This document shows, piece by piece, positions 19,745 through 28,212 of a DNA stretch of 64,000 nt. The stretch lies in NCBI GenBank assembly GCA_947630825.1, contig CANRJA010000009.1, positions 686-64,685 on the forward strand, in the 5' to 3' direction. The translations under genes and the position numbers were made by a program. This DNA comes from an uncultured Clostridia bacterium (GTDB lineage Bacteria > Bacillota > Clostridia > Oscillospirales > Ruminococcaceae). The notes under the pieces were generated by a model, which was given only the letters and a program-made list of their open reading frames with translations, was not told where the DNA came from and did not search any database. Numbering within the stretch: position 1 is the stretch's first letter; every line of letters begins with the position of its first letter.

Positions 19745-20920
19745 TTAACTGTCTAATATATTTTTAAGGATGCTCAGACCCTTATCGATCTCATCTTTTG
19801 TTATATTAAGAGGCGGCAAAAGCCTCAGCTTTTCCTTTGCTGTCAAAACAAGCAATCCGTTGTCAAGACATTCCTTGCAGACATCTGCCGCCTTTTTTGT
19901 TTTAAGTCTTATACCCAGCATTAATCCCAGACCGTCCACTCTGTCAACCTCATTAATCTTACAAAGCTCGGTTTTAATATACTCGCCCTTTTGTGCAACT
20001 TCATCTAAAAAGCCGTCGGCAAGCACCCTTTTTAATACAACGTTGCCTCCTGCACAGCTTATCGGATTTCCTCCGAATGTCGAGCCGTGCATTCCCTTTG
20101 AAAGAACGTCACAGCACTTCTCATTTGCCATACAAACGCCTATGGGAACTCCGCCTGCCAAGCCTTTAGCAAGAGTTACAATATCGGGTTTAACTCCATA
20201 ATGCTCACACGCCAAGAACTTGCCCGTTCTTCCCACACCTGTCTGAACCTCGTCACAGATAGTAAGTATATCTCTCTTTGAACACTCGTCAGCGATTGCC
20301 TTTGCAAAATCCTTATCAAGCGGAATTACTCCGCCCTCGCCCTGAACGCACTCAAACATAACGGCACAGACTGTATCCTTGTTTTCATCTAATGTTTTTA
20401 CAAGTGCGTCAATATCATTTGCAGGAGTGTTTATAAACCCCTCAACAAACGGAAAAAAATAATTGTGAAAGCTGTCCTGACCTGTTGCGGAAAGGGTACA
20501 AAGCGTTCTTCCGTGAAAGCTGTTTAAAAGGGTAATTATATTGTGCCTGCCCTTGCCGTATTTATCAAAGCTGTATTTTCTCGCCAGCTTTATTGCACAC
20601 TCGTTTGCTTCAGCGCCCGAATTGCCGAAAAATATCTTTGAATACCCCGTTGATTCGGTAAGCGTTTGTGCAAAATCAGCCGAAACCTTTGTGTAATAGT
20701 AATTCGACGTATGCTGAATTGAATGTGCCTGCTTTGAAACAGCCTTCGCCCACTCGTTATCGCAAAAGCCCAGACTGTTTGTTCCTATTCCTGAGCCGAA
20801 ATCAATGTACTTTTTGCCGTTTTCATCACAAGCCAAACGCTCTTTTCCGCTGTCAAGAACAACATCGAAACGTCCGTATGTAGGCATAATATGCTCGTTG
20901 AATTTCTCTATAGTTGACAT
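19745..20920 (-). CDS. argD: Acetylornithine aminotransferase (class III PLP)
   Basis: 391 aa. GSGIGTNSLG, DEVQTGVGRTG and TLAKGLAGG (PLP-Lys). Confidence 0.9.
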   Translation of the reverse strand: MSTIEKFNEHIMPTYGRFDVVLDSGKERLACDENGKKYIDFGSGIGTNSLGFCDNEWAKAVSKQAHSIQHTSNYYYTKVSADFAQTLTESTGYSKIFFGNSGAEANECAIKLARKYSFDKYGKGRHNIITLLNSFHGRTLCTLSATGQDSFHNYFFPFVEGFINTPANDIDALVKTLDENKDTVCAVMFECVQGEGGVIPLDKDFAKAIADECSKRDILTICDEVQTGVGRTGKFLACEHYGVKPDIVTLAKGLAGGVPIGVCMANEKCCDVLSKGMHGSTFGGNPISCAGGNVVLKRVLADGFLDEVAQKGEYIKTELCKINEVDRVDGLGLMLGIRLKTKKAADVCKECLDNGLLVLTAKEKLRLLPPLNITKDEIDKGLSILKNILDS

Positions 20921-20945
20921 TTTCTGCTCCTTTATAATCTGTTAA

Positions 20946-21806
20946 TTAAATAAACTGCGTTCCTACGCCCTCGCTTGAAAGTAACTCTATCAAAATCGAG
21001 TGCGGAACTCTGCCGTCTATTATTGAAGTCTTTTTAACTCCGCGCCTTACCGCCTCAACACAGCAGTCGATTTTCGGTATCATACCTCCGCTGATTATTC
21101 CCTTTTTCTTAAGATAAGCCACTTCGGAGACATTCACCTGCTTTATTAGCGTACTCTCATCATTCTTATCCTCCAAAAGACCTGCTATGTCCGTCATAAG
21201 AATAAGATTTTCAGCCCTCAGACAGCTTGCTATCCTAGCGGCAGCCGTATCGGCGTTTATGTTATATGTATCTCCCTGCTCGCTTGTTGCAACAGTAGAA
21301 ATAACAGGTACAAAACCGCTGTTTAATGCGTCTATAATAGGACGTGTAGAAACCCTTTTTATCTCGCCGACATAGCCTAAATCGCTTTCTCCATCAAGCT
21401 TTTCGGCAACTATCATTTCTCCGTCAATTCCGCAAAGACCAAGAGCCTTTCCGCCGTGCGTTTGAATGTTTTGAACAAGCTGTTTGTTTACCTTTCCTGC
21501 CAAAACCATCTGAACAACTTCCATTGTATCAGCGTCGGTATAGCGAAGTCCGTTTACAAACTTAGATTCAATCCCCACTCGGTCGAGCATTGTATTTATC
21601 TCAGGTCCTCCGCCGTGAACAAGAACTACCTTTATTCCCACTGCTCCGAGCAGTACAATATCGCTCATAACCGCCTCTTTAAGTGCCTCGTTGGTCATTG
21701 CGTTTCCGCCGTATTTAACAACAACGATTTTGTCATTGTACTTCTGTAAATAAGGAAGCGCATCCATAAGCACCTTTGTTCGGGTGTAATTTGAAATCAC
21801 TTCCAT
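20946..21806 (-). CDS. argB: Acetylglutamate kinase
   Basis: 286 aa. VVKYGGNAM and VHGGGPEI motifs of the amino-acid kinase family. Confidence 0.93.
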   Translation of the reverse strand: MEVISNYTRTKVLMDALPYLQKYNDKIVVVKYGGNAMTNEALKEAVMSDIVLLGAVGIKVVLVHGGGPEINTMLDRVGIESKFVNGLRYTDADTMEVVQMVLAGKVNKQLVQNIQTHGGKALGLCGIDGEMIVAEKLDGESDLGYVGEIKRVSTRPIIDALNSGFVPVISTVATSEQGDTYNINADTAAARIASCLRAENLILMTDIAGLLEDKNDESTLIKQVNVSEVAYLKKKGIISGGMIPKIDCCVEAVRRGVKKTSIIDGRVPHSILIELLSSEGVGTQFI

Positions 21807-21893
21807 TGTTTAAATCTCCTCTCTAAAAAGAATTTACGTAATCGACTACCTGTTTTCTGTTTATAAATACTAAAACCTTATCATTATACACAT

Positions 21894-23132
21894 CTAAGAC
21901 CTGTAATCTCCGTTAATTTTAACATAGTCGTATGTGAGGTCACAGCCCCATGCGGTGGCTTTGCCCTCTCCGTTACCGATATTTATATCTATGATTATTT
22001 CATCTTCAAGCAGAATTTCCTTTGCCTTTTCTTCCGAAAATGTGATCCCTGCTCCATTTTCGCAAACTTGAATTTTACCCTTTGAGCTTCCAAGCGTTAC
22101 CGACACATTATTTATATCAAACTCAGCGTCTGCATAACCTATAGCGCAAAGTATTCTTCCCCAGTTTGCGTCTGCTCCGAACATAGCGCACTTAAACAGA
22201 GGTGAACATATAACGCTCTTTGCTATAGTTTTTGCCGTCTTAAAATCTTTAGCTCCGGTTACATTGCACTCAAGCAGCTTTGTTGCGCCCTCGCCGTCGG
22301 CAGCTAACATTCGTGTCATATTCATCATTACAGCGTACAATGCTTGTTTAAATGTTTCAAAGTCTGCATTATCGCTTATTATATCATCGTTTTCTGCAAG
22401 ACCATTTGCCATAATCGATACCATATCGTTTGTCGAAGTATCTCCGTCAACAGAAAGGCAGTTGTAGGTAGTTTCAACGACCTCGCTCAATGCCTTTTGA
22501 AGCATATCAACAGATATGTTAACGTCTGTAGTTATAAAGTTCAAGGTAGTCGCCATATTCGGGTGAATCATTCCGCTGCCCTTTGCCATACCGCCCATAC
22601 GGCAGGTCTTTCCGCTTATATAAAACTCAACTGCTACCTGCTTGTCTACTGTATCTGTAGTCATAATTGCATTTGCCGCCTTGTCGTTTCCCGTGTACGA
22701 AAGTCCCTCGACAAGCGGTTTTATTCCGCTTTCAATTGGATCTATCGGCAAAACCTGTCCGATAACTCCTGTTGATGCAACTATAACTTCGTCGCTCAGT
22801 ATTCCGAGAGTAACGCCCGCAAGAGAACACATTCTCTCTGCCTTTTGCTCACCGTCAGCGTTGCAAGTATTTGCGTTCTTTGAATTTGCAATGACCGCTC
22901 TTGACTTTCCGCCTGTTTTTTCAAGATGCGCTTTAGTAACATAAATCGGTGCACCCTTTACCTTGTTCTGAGTATAAACGCAGGCGGTATTGCAAAGCGT
23001 GTCGGAAACTATAAGCGCTAAGTCGTTTTTATTATTATCAGAATTAAGCCCGCAATTTACACCGTTTGACTTAAATCCCTTTGCGGCGCACACTCCGCCC
23101 TCAATAAATTTATCATTACCTTTTAGTATCAT
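21894..23132 (-). CDS. argJ: Bifunctional glutamate N-acetyltransferase / amino-acid acetyltransferase
   Basis: 412 aa. Autoprocessing region HPNMATTLNFITTD; C-terminal DLTYDYVKINGDYRS. Confidence 0.92.
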   Translation of the reverse strand: MILKGNDKFIEGGVCAAKGFKSNGVNCGLNSDNNKNDLALIVSDTLCNTACVYTQNKVKGAPIYVTKAHLEKTGGKSRAVIANSKNANTCNADGEQKAERMCSLAGVTLGILSDEVIVASTGVIGQVLPIDPIESGIKPLVEGLSYTGNDKAANAIMTTDTVDKQVAVEFYISGKTCRMGGMAKGSGMIHPNMATTLNFITTDVNISVDMLQKALSEVVETTYNCLSVDGDTSTNDMVSIMANGLAENDDIISDNADFETFKQALYAVMMNMTRMLAADGEGATKLLECNVTGAKDFKTAKTIAKSVICSPLFKCAMFGADANWGRILCAIGYADAEFDINNVSVTLGSSKGKIQVCENGAGITFSEEKAKEILLEDEIIIDINIGNGEGKATAWGCDLTYDYVKINGDYRS

Positions 23133-23199
23133 ATTATTGTCTACTGTCCTTTCGGTTTATTATCAATTAATATTCTCCTGCAATTTTATTGTATTAAAT

Positions 23200-24153
23200 C
23201 TATTCAAGCCCTGTTCTCTCATCAATTCCAAGAACTATATTCATACACTGCACCGCCGCACCGCTTGCTCCTTTTCCCAGATTGTCAAGTCGTGAGCATA
23301 GCAAAACGCGCTCGTTGTTTCCACAGACAAAAATCTGCATATTGTTTGTTCCCTCAAGAGTATTTGCAGCAAGGAAACCATCGGGCAGAGTTTCTGTTCC
23401 GCCCAGTTCCATTACCTTAACAAAATGCTCATTTTTGTAATGATCGCTTAATGCTTTGTGTATATCAGACGCTGTGTTATTGCCGTTCAAAAGCCTTGTT
23501 ATTATTGGCACTGTAACCACCATTCCTGCATAGTAATCGTCAACTATCGGATTAAACACAGGCGGATAGTCAAGACCGCAGATCTTCTGCATTTCCGGTA
23601 AATGCTTGTGATTCTGCGTCAACGCATACTGTCTGGGAGAGTTATACTCATACGGCATTTCATCGCCCTCGTAAACTGCTATCATTTTCTTGCCTGCACC
23701 TGAATATCCCGACACTGCGTGGCAGGTGACTGGATAATCACGCGGCAGAATTCCTGCGGTTACAAGTGGGTAAACCAGACTTATAAATCCGCTTGCATAA
23801 CAGCCGGGAACAGCAATTCTGCTAGAGTTTTTTATCTTCTCTCTGTGTTCTGAAGACAACTCAGGAAAGCCGTATGCCCAGTCAGGGTTCGTCCTGTGAG
23901 CAGTAGACGCGTCTATTATCTTTGTGTGGTTGTTATTTTCGTCAATCAGCGATACAGATTCTATCGCCGCTTTATCAGGCAGACACAGAAAAGTAATATC
24001 CGACTCGTTTATAAATTTAGCCCGCTCATTTTTATCCTTACGTTTATCCTCATCTATGAGCATAATTTCAAGGTCGTTTCGGTTTTTAAACCTATCAAAG
24101 ATTTTAAGACCTGTCGTTCCTTCTTTTCCGTCAATAAAGATTTTTGTTTTCAT
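23200..24153 (-). CDS. argC: N-acetyl-gamma-glutamyl-phosphate reductase (short type)
   Basis: ORF 23200-24183. Start moved to ATG 24153 (MKTKIFIDGKEGTTG). Active-site PGCYASG. Confidence 0.9.
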   Translation of the reverse strand: MKTKIFIDGKEGTTGLKIFDRFKNRNDLEIMLIDEDKRKDKNERAKFINESDITFLCLPDKAAIESVSLIDENNNHTKIIDASTAHRTNPDWAYGFPELSSEHREKIKNSSRIAVPGCYASGFISLVYPLVTAGILPRDYPVTCHAVSGYSGAGKKMIAVYEGDEMPYEYNSPRQYALTQNHKHLPEMQKICGLDYPPVFNPIVDDYYAGMVVTVPIITRLLNGNNTASDIHKALSDHYKNEHFVKVMELGGTETLPDGFLAANTLEGTNNMQIFVCGNNERVLLCSRLDNLGKGASGAAVQCMNIVLGIDERTGLE

Positions 24154-24172
24154 ATATATTGCCTTTCGATTT

Positions 24173-25546
24173 TTACTTATCAAGCTCTCTTAAAACATAC
24201 TCTATCTGCACTTTTACGCTCTCGGGTGCAGGTCCTCCTGCCGACTTTCTCTGCATCACACAGGTATCCAAAGAAATAGCCTTATAGACATCTTCATCAA
24301 AGCTGTCGCTCAGCTTTTTATACTCGTTTATCGGAAGTGTTTCAAGGGTAACTCCCAACTCTATACATCTTGCAACTAAAGTTCCCGTTATTTTATAAGC
24401 GTCTCTGAAAGGCATACCCTTTTTAACAAGATAGTCTGCACAGTCGGTCGCATTTATGAAACCCTTAGCTGCCGCATTTCTCATATTCTCTTTTATAACC
24501 GTCATTGTAGACAGCATAGGTATAAACGTATTTATACACAGCTTGACCGTATCTACAGCGTCGAATATTGCCTCCTTATCTTCCTGCATATCCTTGTCAT
24601 AAGCAAGCGACAGGTTTTTCATCATAGAAAGCAAGGTGTTCAAATCTCCGTAAACACGGGCGGTTTTGCCCCTGATCAGTTCAGTAACGTCGGGGTTTTT
24701 CTTCTGAGGCATTATTGAAGAGCCTGTTGCGTAAGCGTCGTCAAGCTCTACAAATTTAAACTCCCACGAGCACCATAAAATGATTTCCTCAGAAAAGCGT
24801 GACAGATGCATCATAAGTATTGAAATAGCACTCGCAAGCTCAATGCAGAAATCCCTGTCCGAAACTCCGTCTAGCGAATTTTGAGTAATTTCGTCAAAGC
24901 CTAAAAGCTCACAAACTCTCTGCCTGTCTATATTGTAGGTAGTACCTGCTAAAGCGCCGCTTCCCAAAGGCATCTGATTCATTCTTTTGTAGGTATCGTC
25001 AAGCCTGCCGACGTCTCGCAGGAGCATATTTGCATATGCCATAAGATGATGTGCAAAGGTTATCGGCTGCGCTCTCTGAAGATGAGTATAACCCGGCATA
25101 ACAGTTTCAAGATGCTCTTTTGCCATATCGGTTATGGCTCTTATCAGCCTGACGGTTATTTCCTTTATTTCCTTTATCTCATCTAAAAGGTACATTCTTA
25201 TATCAAGTGCGACCTGATCGTTTCTTGAACGTGCAGTGTGAAGCCTTTTCCCTGCGTCGCCGACACGCTTAGTCAGTTCCGCCTCAATAAACATATGAAT
25301 ATCCTCAGCGTTCGGGTCGAACTCCAAAACTCCGTTATCAATATCGGTTAAAATGCCTTTAAGCCCGTCTATGATAACCTCGCTCTCGCTTTTGTCGATT
25401 ATTCCGCACTCGCCCAGCATTGTTGCGTGGGCAATAGAACCCTTTATATCGTGACGGTACATTCTTGCGTCAAATTTTATAGACGAATTGAAATCGTTTA
25501 CACGCTCGTCAATATCTTTAGAAAAACGTCCTGCCCACATAGGCAT
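24173..25546 (-). CDS. argH: Argininosuccinate lyase
   Basis: ORF 24173-25693. The first 49 codons translate the heptamer repeat and promoter region. Start moved to ATG 25546 (MPMWAGRFSK), 7 nt after AGGAGAG. GSSIMPQKKNPD signature. Confidence 0.93.
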   Translation of the reverse strand: MPMWAGRFSKDIDERVNDFNSSIKFDARMYRHDIKGSIAHATMLGECGIIDKSESEVIIDGLKGILTDIDNGVLEFDPNAEDIHMFIEAELTKRVGDAGKRLHTARSRNDQVALDIRMYLLDEIKEIKEITVRLIRAITDMAKEHLETVMPGYTHLQRAQPITFAHHLMAYANMLLRDVGRLDDTYKRMNQMPLGSGALAGTTYNIDRQRVCELLGFDEITQNSLDGVSDRDFCIELASAISILMMHLSRFSEEIILWCSWEFKFVELDDAYATGSSIMPQKKNPDVTELIRGKTARVYGDLNTLLSMMKNLSLAYDKDMQEDKEAIFDAVDTVKLCINTFIPMLSTMTVIKENMRNAAAKGFINATDCADYLVKKGMPFRDAYKITGTLVARCIELGVTLETLPINEYKKLSDSFDEDVYKAISLDTCVMQRKSAGGPAPESVKVQIEYVLRELDK

Positions 25547-25661
25547 AGTAAATCTCTCCTTTAAAAATTGCTTGAATTTAAACTCCCTATAAAAACCTAT
25601 AAGGGCAGCAAAAATGCCACCCCTTTTAGTTATATAATTGTATAGTTGACAGTTGATATTT

Positions 25662-25724
25662 GCATTGTCCATTATCCATTGTCCATTGTCCACTATCCAT
25701 TATCAATTTCCCATTGTCCATTAC
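25662..25724. repeat. Nine tandem heptamers, consensus CCATTRT
   Basis: GCATTGT CCATTAT CCATTGT CCATTGT CCACTAT CCATTAT CAATTTC CCATTGT CCATTAC. The last unit contains the argG stop codon (25721-25723). Confidence 0.9.
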
Positions 25725-26944
25725 TTTCTCTTTTGGTCCAGCTTAGCCTTAACCTTGATAGGAAGTCCGAACAGATTGATAAACCCAGCGCTGTCAGCCT
25801 GATTGTAAACATTGTCCTCGTCGAAGGTCGCAACCTCTTCGTCATACAATGTATAAGGCGATGTAACTCCTGCGTTGATAATGTTACCCTTATAAAGCTT
25901 TAGCTTAACATCTCCTGTTACAGTTTTCTGCGTCTCGGTAACAAATGCTGAAAGCGCCTCTCTAAGCGGCGTGTACCACTGACCGTTATATACAATGTCA
26001 GCAAATTTAATACCTATATACTGCTTCATTCTTGCAGTTTCTTTGTCTATAGTAATAGTCTCCAAAACATCGTGAGCGTGGTAGAGAATCGTTCCGCCCG
26101 GAGTTTCATATACCCCCCTCGACTTCATTCCGACCAAACGGTTTTCAACCAAGTCGGCAAGACCGATACCGTTTTCTCCGCCCAGCTTGTTTAAAGTCTT
26201 TACAATGTCAACACCCTTCATTTCTTTGCCGTCAATAGCGGTAGGTATACCCTTTTCAAAGTGAATCGTCACATAAGTAGGCTTGTTTGGTGCCTGAAGC
26301 GGGGAAACTCCCATCTCTAGGAAGCCTTCCTTTTCATACTGAGGCTCGTTTGCAGGATCCTCAAGGTCAAGACCTTCGTGTGAAAGATGCCATAGGTTTT
26401 TATCCTTAGAATAGTTTGTCTCTCTGTTTATTTTAAGAGGAATATTATGCGCCTCTGCATATTCTATCTCCTGCTCACGGGATTTCAGATCCCAAATCCT
26501 CCAAGGAGCGATAATCTCCATATCAGGTGCAAAAGCCTTGATAGCAAGCTCAAATCTAACCTGGTCGTTGCCCTTTCCTGTGCAGCCGTGACAGATAGCG
26601 TCAGCGCCCTCTTTTATTGCTATCTCCGCAATTCTCTTTGCAATAATAGGTCTTGCAAAAGAAGTTCCGAGCAGGTACCTGTTTTCATAAACGGCTCCTG
26701 CCTGAACAGTCGGGAATACATAGTCCTCTACAAATTCATCGTTCAGATCCTCAATATAGAGCTTAGACGCACCTGTCTTAATTGCCTTTTCCTCAAGACC
26801 GTCAAGCTCAGTTCCCTGTCCGACATCTCCGGATACGGCGATAACCTCACAGTTGTTGTAATTCTCCTTGAGCCACGCAATAATTATTGACGTGTCAAGA
26901 CCGCCTGAGTATGCTAAAACTACCTTTTTGATTTCTTTTGCCAT
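25721..26944 (-). CDS. argG: Argininosuccinate synthase
   Basis: ORF 25721-26959. Start moved to ATG 26944 ([19 protein letters not shown]) after GGAGG. Confidence 0.94.
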   Translation of the reverse strand: MAKEIKKVVLAYSGGLDTSIIIAWLKENYNNCEVIAVSGDVGQGTELDGLEEKAIKTGASKLYIEDLNDEFVEDYVFPTVQAGAVYENRYLLGTSFARPIIAKRIAEIAIKEGADAICHGCTGKGNDQVRFELAIKAFAPDMEIIAPWRIWDLKSREQEIEYAEAHNIPLKINRETNYSKDKNLWHLSHEGLDLEDPANEPQYEKEGFLEMGVSPLQAPNKPTYVTIHFEKGIPTAIDGKEMKGVDIVKTLNKLGGENGIGLADLVENRLVGMKSRGVYETPGGTILYHAHDVLETITIDKETARMKQYIGIKFADIVYNGQWYTPLREALSAFVTETQKTVTGDVKLKLYKGNIINAGVTSPYTLYDEEVATFDEDNVYNQADSAGFINLFGLPIKVKAKLDQKRK

Positions 26945-26979
26945 AATATTGTCCTCCAATAATTTTTATGTTTGTGATA

Positions 26980-27076
26980 ATTATACACTAAAGTCTTGTA
27001 TTGTCAAGGGCTTTATGCAGATTTTTTAATATTTTTTGCATATTTATCAGCTTTATGCATAAATCATGCATATATT
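26980..27076 (-). promoter_or_regulatory. arg operon promoter with upstream ARG-box-like palindromes
   Basis: Minus strand TTGACA (27002-27007), 16-nt spacer, TATAAT (26980-26985). TATGCAT-AAATC-ATGCATA at 27054-27072. TATGCA...TGCATA at 27014-27042. Confidence 0.55.
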
Positions 27077-27094
27077 CACGAATATAATGTATAA

Positions 27095-27292
27095 TTATTC
27101 GCTGTCGCCTTTAAATTTCTCTTTTTGCTTTCTTTTTGCCTTAACATTCAGTATTACTGCAATAACGCCTAAAGCAACGGCAGCCCACGTTACAAAATCG
27201 TATTTGAATGAAAATATAATTGCCGCAATAGTCAGAACATCAAAAGCGATCGCAAAAAGCGTAAGTTTGTTCTGAGAAATAAAATCTTTCAT
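27095..27292 (-). CDS. Small membrane protein (65 aa), unknown function
   Basis: Two hydrophobic helices and a Lys-rich C-terminus. No recognisable family. Confidence 0.4.
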   Translation of the reverse strand: MKDFISQNKLTLFAIAFDVLTIAAIIFSFKYDFVTWAAVALGVIAVILNVKAKRKQKEKFKGDSE

Positions 27293-27445
27293 AAAATCGC
27301 TCCGTTCGTCTTGAAATAAATTTTAAATAATGGTTATTTTATCATAAATTTATCACTTTGTCCATATATAATAATTTTATCATTAGAGGTGTAAAAGTGA
27401 TATTTAATTCTTGAAAAACATATTCTAATGATATATAATGTTAAA

Positions 27446-27513
27446 GGTTAGAAATTAGAGGTTAGAAGTTAGATTAACGCAAAAAATTCTGGCTTCTTGC
27501 ATCTAGCATCTAG
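27446..27513 (+). promoter_or_regulatory. 5' UTR element: four UAG triplets at exact 7-nt spacing plus a complementary CUAG-containing arm abutting the RBS
   Basis: TAG at 27449, 27456, 27463 and 27470, then TAG at 27504, 27511 and 27514. 27462-27474 can pair with 27501-27513 (13 positions: 1 mismatch, 2 G-U). Upstream TTGAAA...TATATAAT promoter-like sequence around 27412-27438. RBS AGGGGG at 27515-27520. Confidence 0.55.
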
Positions 27514-27527
27514 TAGGGGGTAATATT

Positions 27528-28037
27528 ATGGCATTAAAAGAAATTGAAATCAAATCATTGGAAAATCTCAATCCGTTTTCAAAAATTGCAGACGACTGGT
27601 TTTTAGTTACCGCCGGAGACGAAAACGGATTTAACACAATGACCGCTTCGTGGGGAAGTTTAGGAACTATGTGGGGAAAAAGCGTTGCAGTCACGGTTAT
27701 CCGCCCGCAGAGATATACTAAGGAATTTATTGATAAAAACGACTATTTTTCTATATCCTTCTTAAAAGACGGCAATAAAGACAAGCTGAACTTTTGCGGT
27801 ACAAAAAGCGGCAGGGATTTCGACAAAGCAAAAGAAACAGGACTTGTTCCCGTGTTTGTTGATAGCACCACGACCTTCGAGCAGGCAGAGCTTATACTTA
27901 TTTGCAGAAAGGTATTTGCGCAGGATATTGACCCTGAATGTTTCCTTGATAAAACGCTTATCGAAAGGTGGTACTCTGAAAGAGATTTCCACACAGCATA
28001 TGTAGGAGAAGTTGTTAAAGCATATTTGAACGCCTGA
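27528..28037 (+). CDS. Flavin reductase-like (FMN-binding split-barrel) protein
   Basis: 169 aa. The ...FNTMTASWGSLG... segment is typical of flavin-reductase-domain proteins. Confidence 0.7.
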   Translation: MALKEIEIKSLENLNPFSKIADDWFLVTAGDENGFNTMTASWGSLGTMWGKSVAVTVIRPQRYTKEFIDKNDYFSISFLKDGNKDKLNFCGTKSGRDFDKAKETGLVPVFVDSTTTFEQAELILICRKVFAQDIDPECFLDKTLIERWYSERDFHTAYVGEVVKAYLNA

Positions 28038-28212
28038 CATAATTAAAATCAGCAAAAGAAATATCCAATCTAATAACAGATTAAAAAACAGGAATCATTT
28101 TTGCTTTTGAAGTATTGTATTCAGAGTAAAGTTGTTGTATAATATATTTAAACAATTATGTAGAACAACAGACATAAAAGCAGATATAAATTATTAAGAA
28201 AGGAAAATTCAT

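Noticed and set aside
25547-25903. N-terminal 49 codons of the argH ORF and ORF 25646-25903 (+)
   Set aside because: These translate the heptamer array (VHYPLSIVHYPLSI / MDNGQWIMDN) and the argH promoter region. The argH homology begins at MPMWAGRF, which has a proper RBS.
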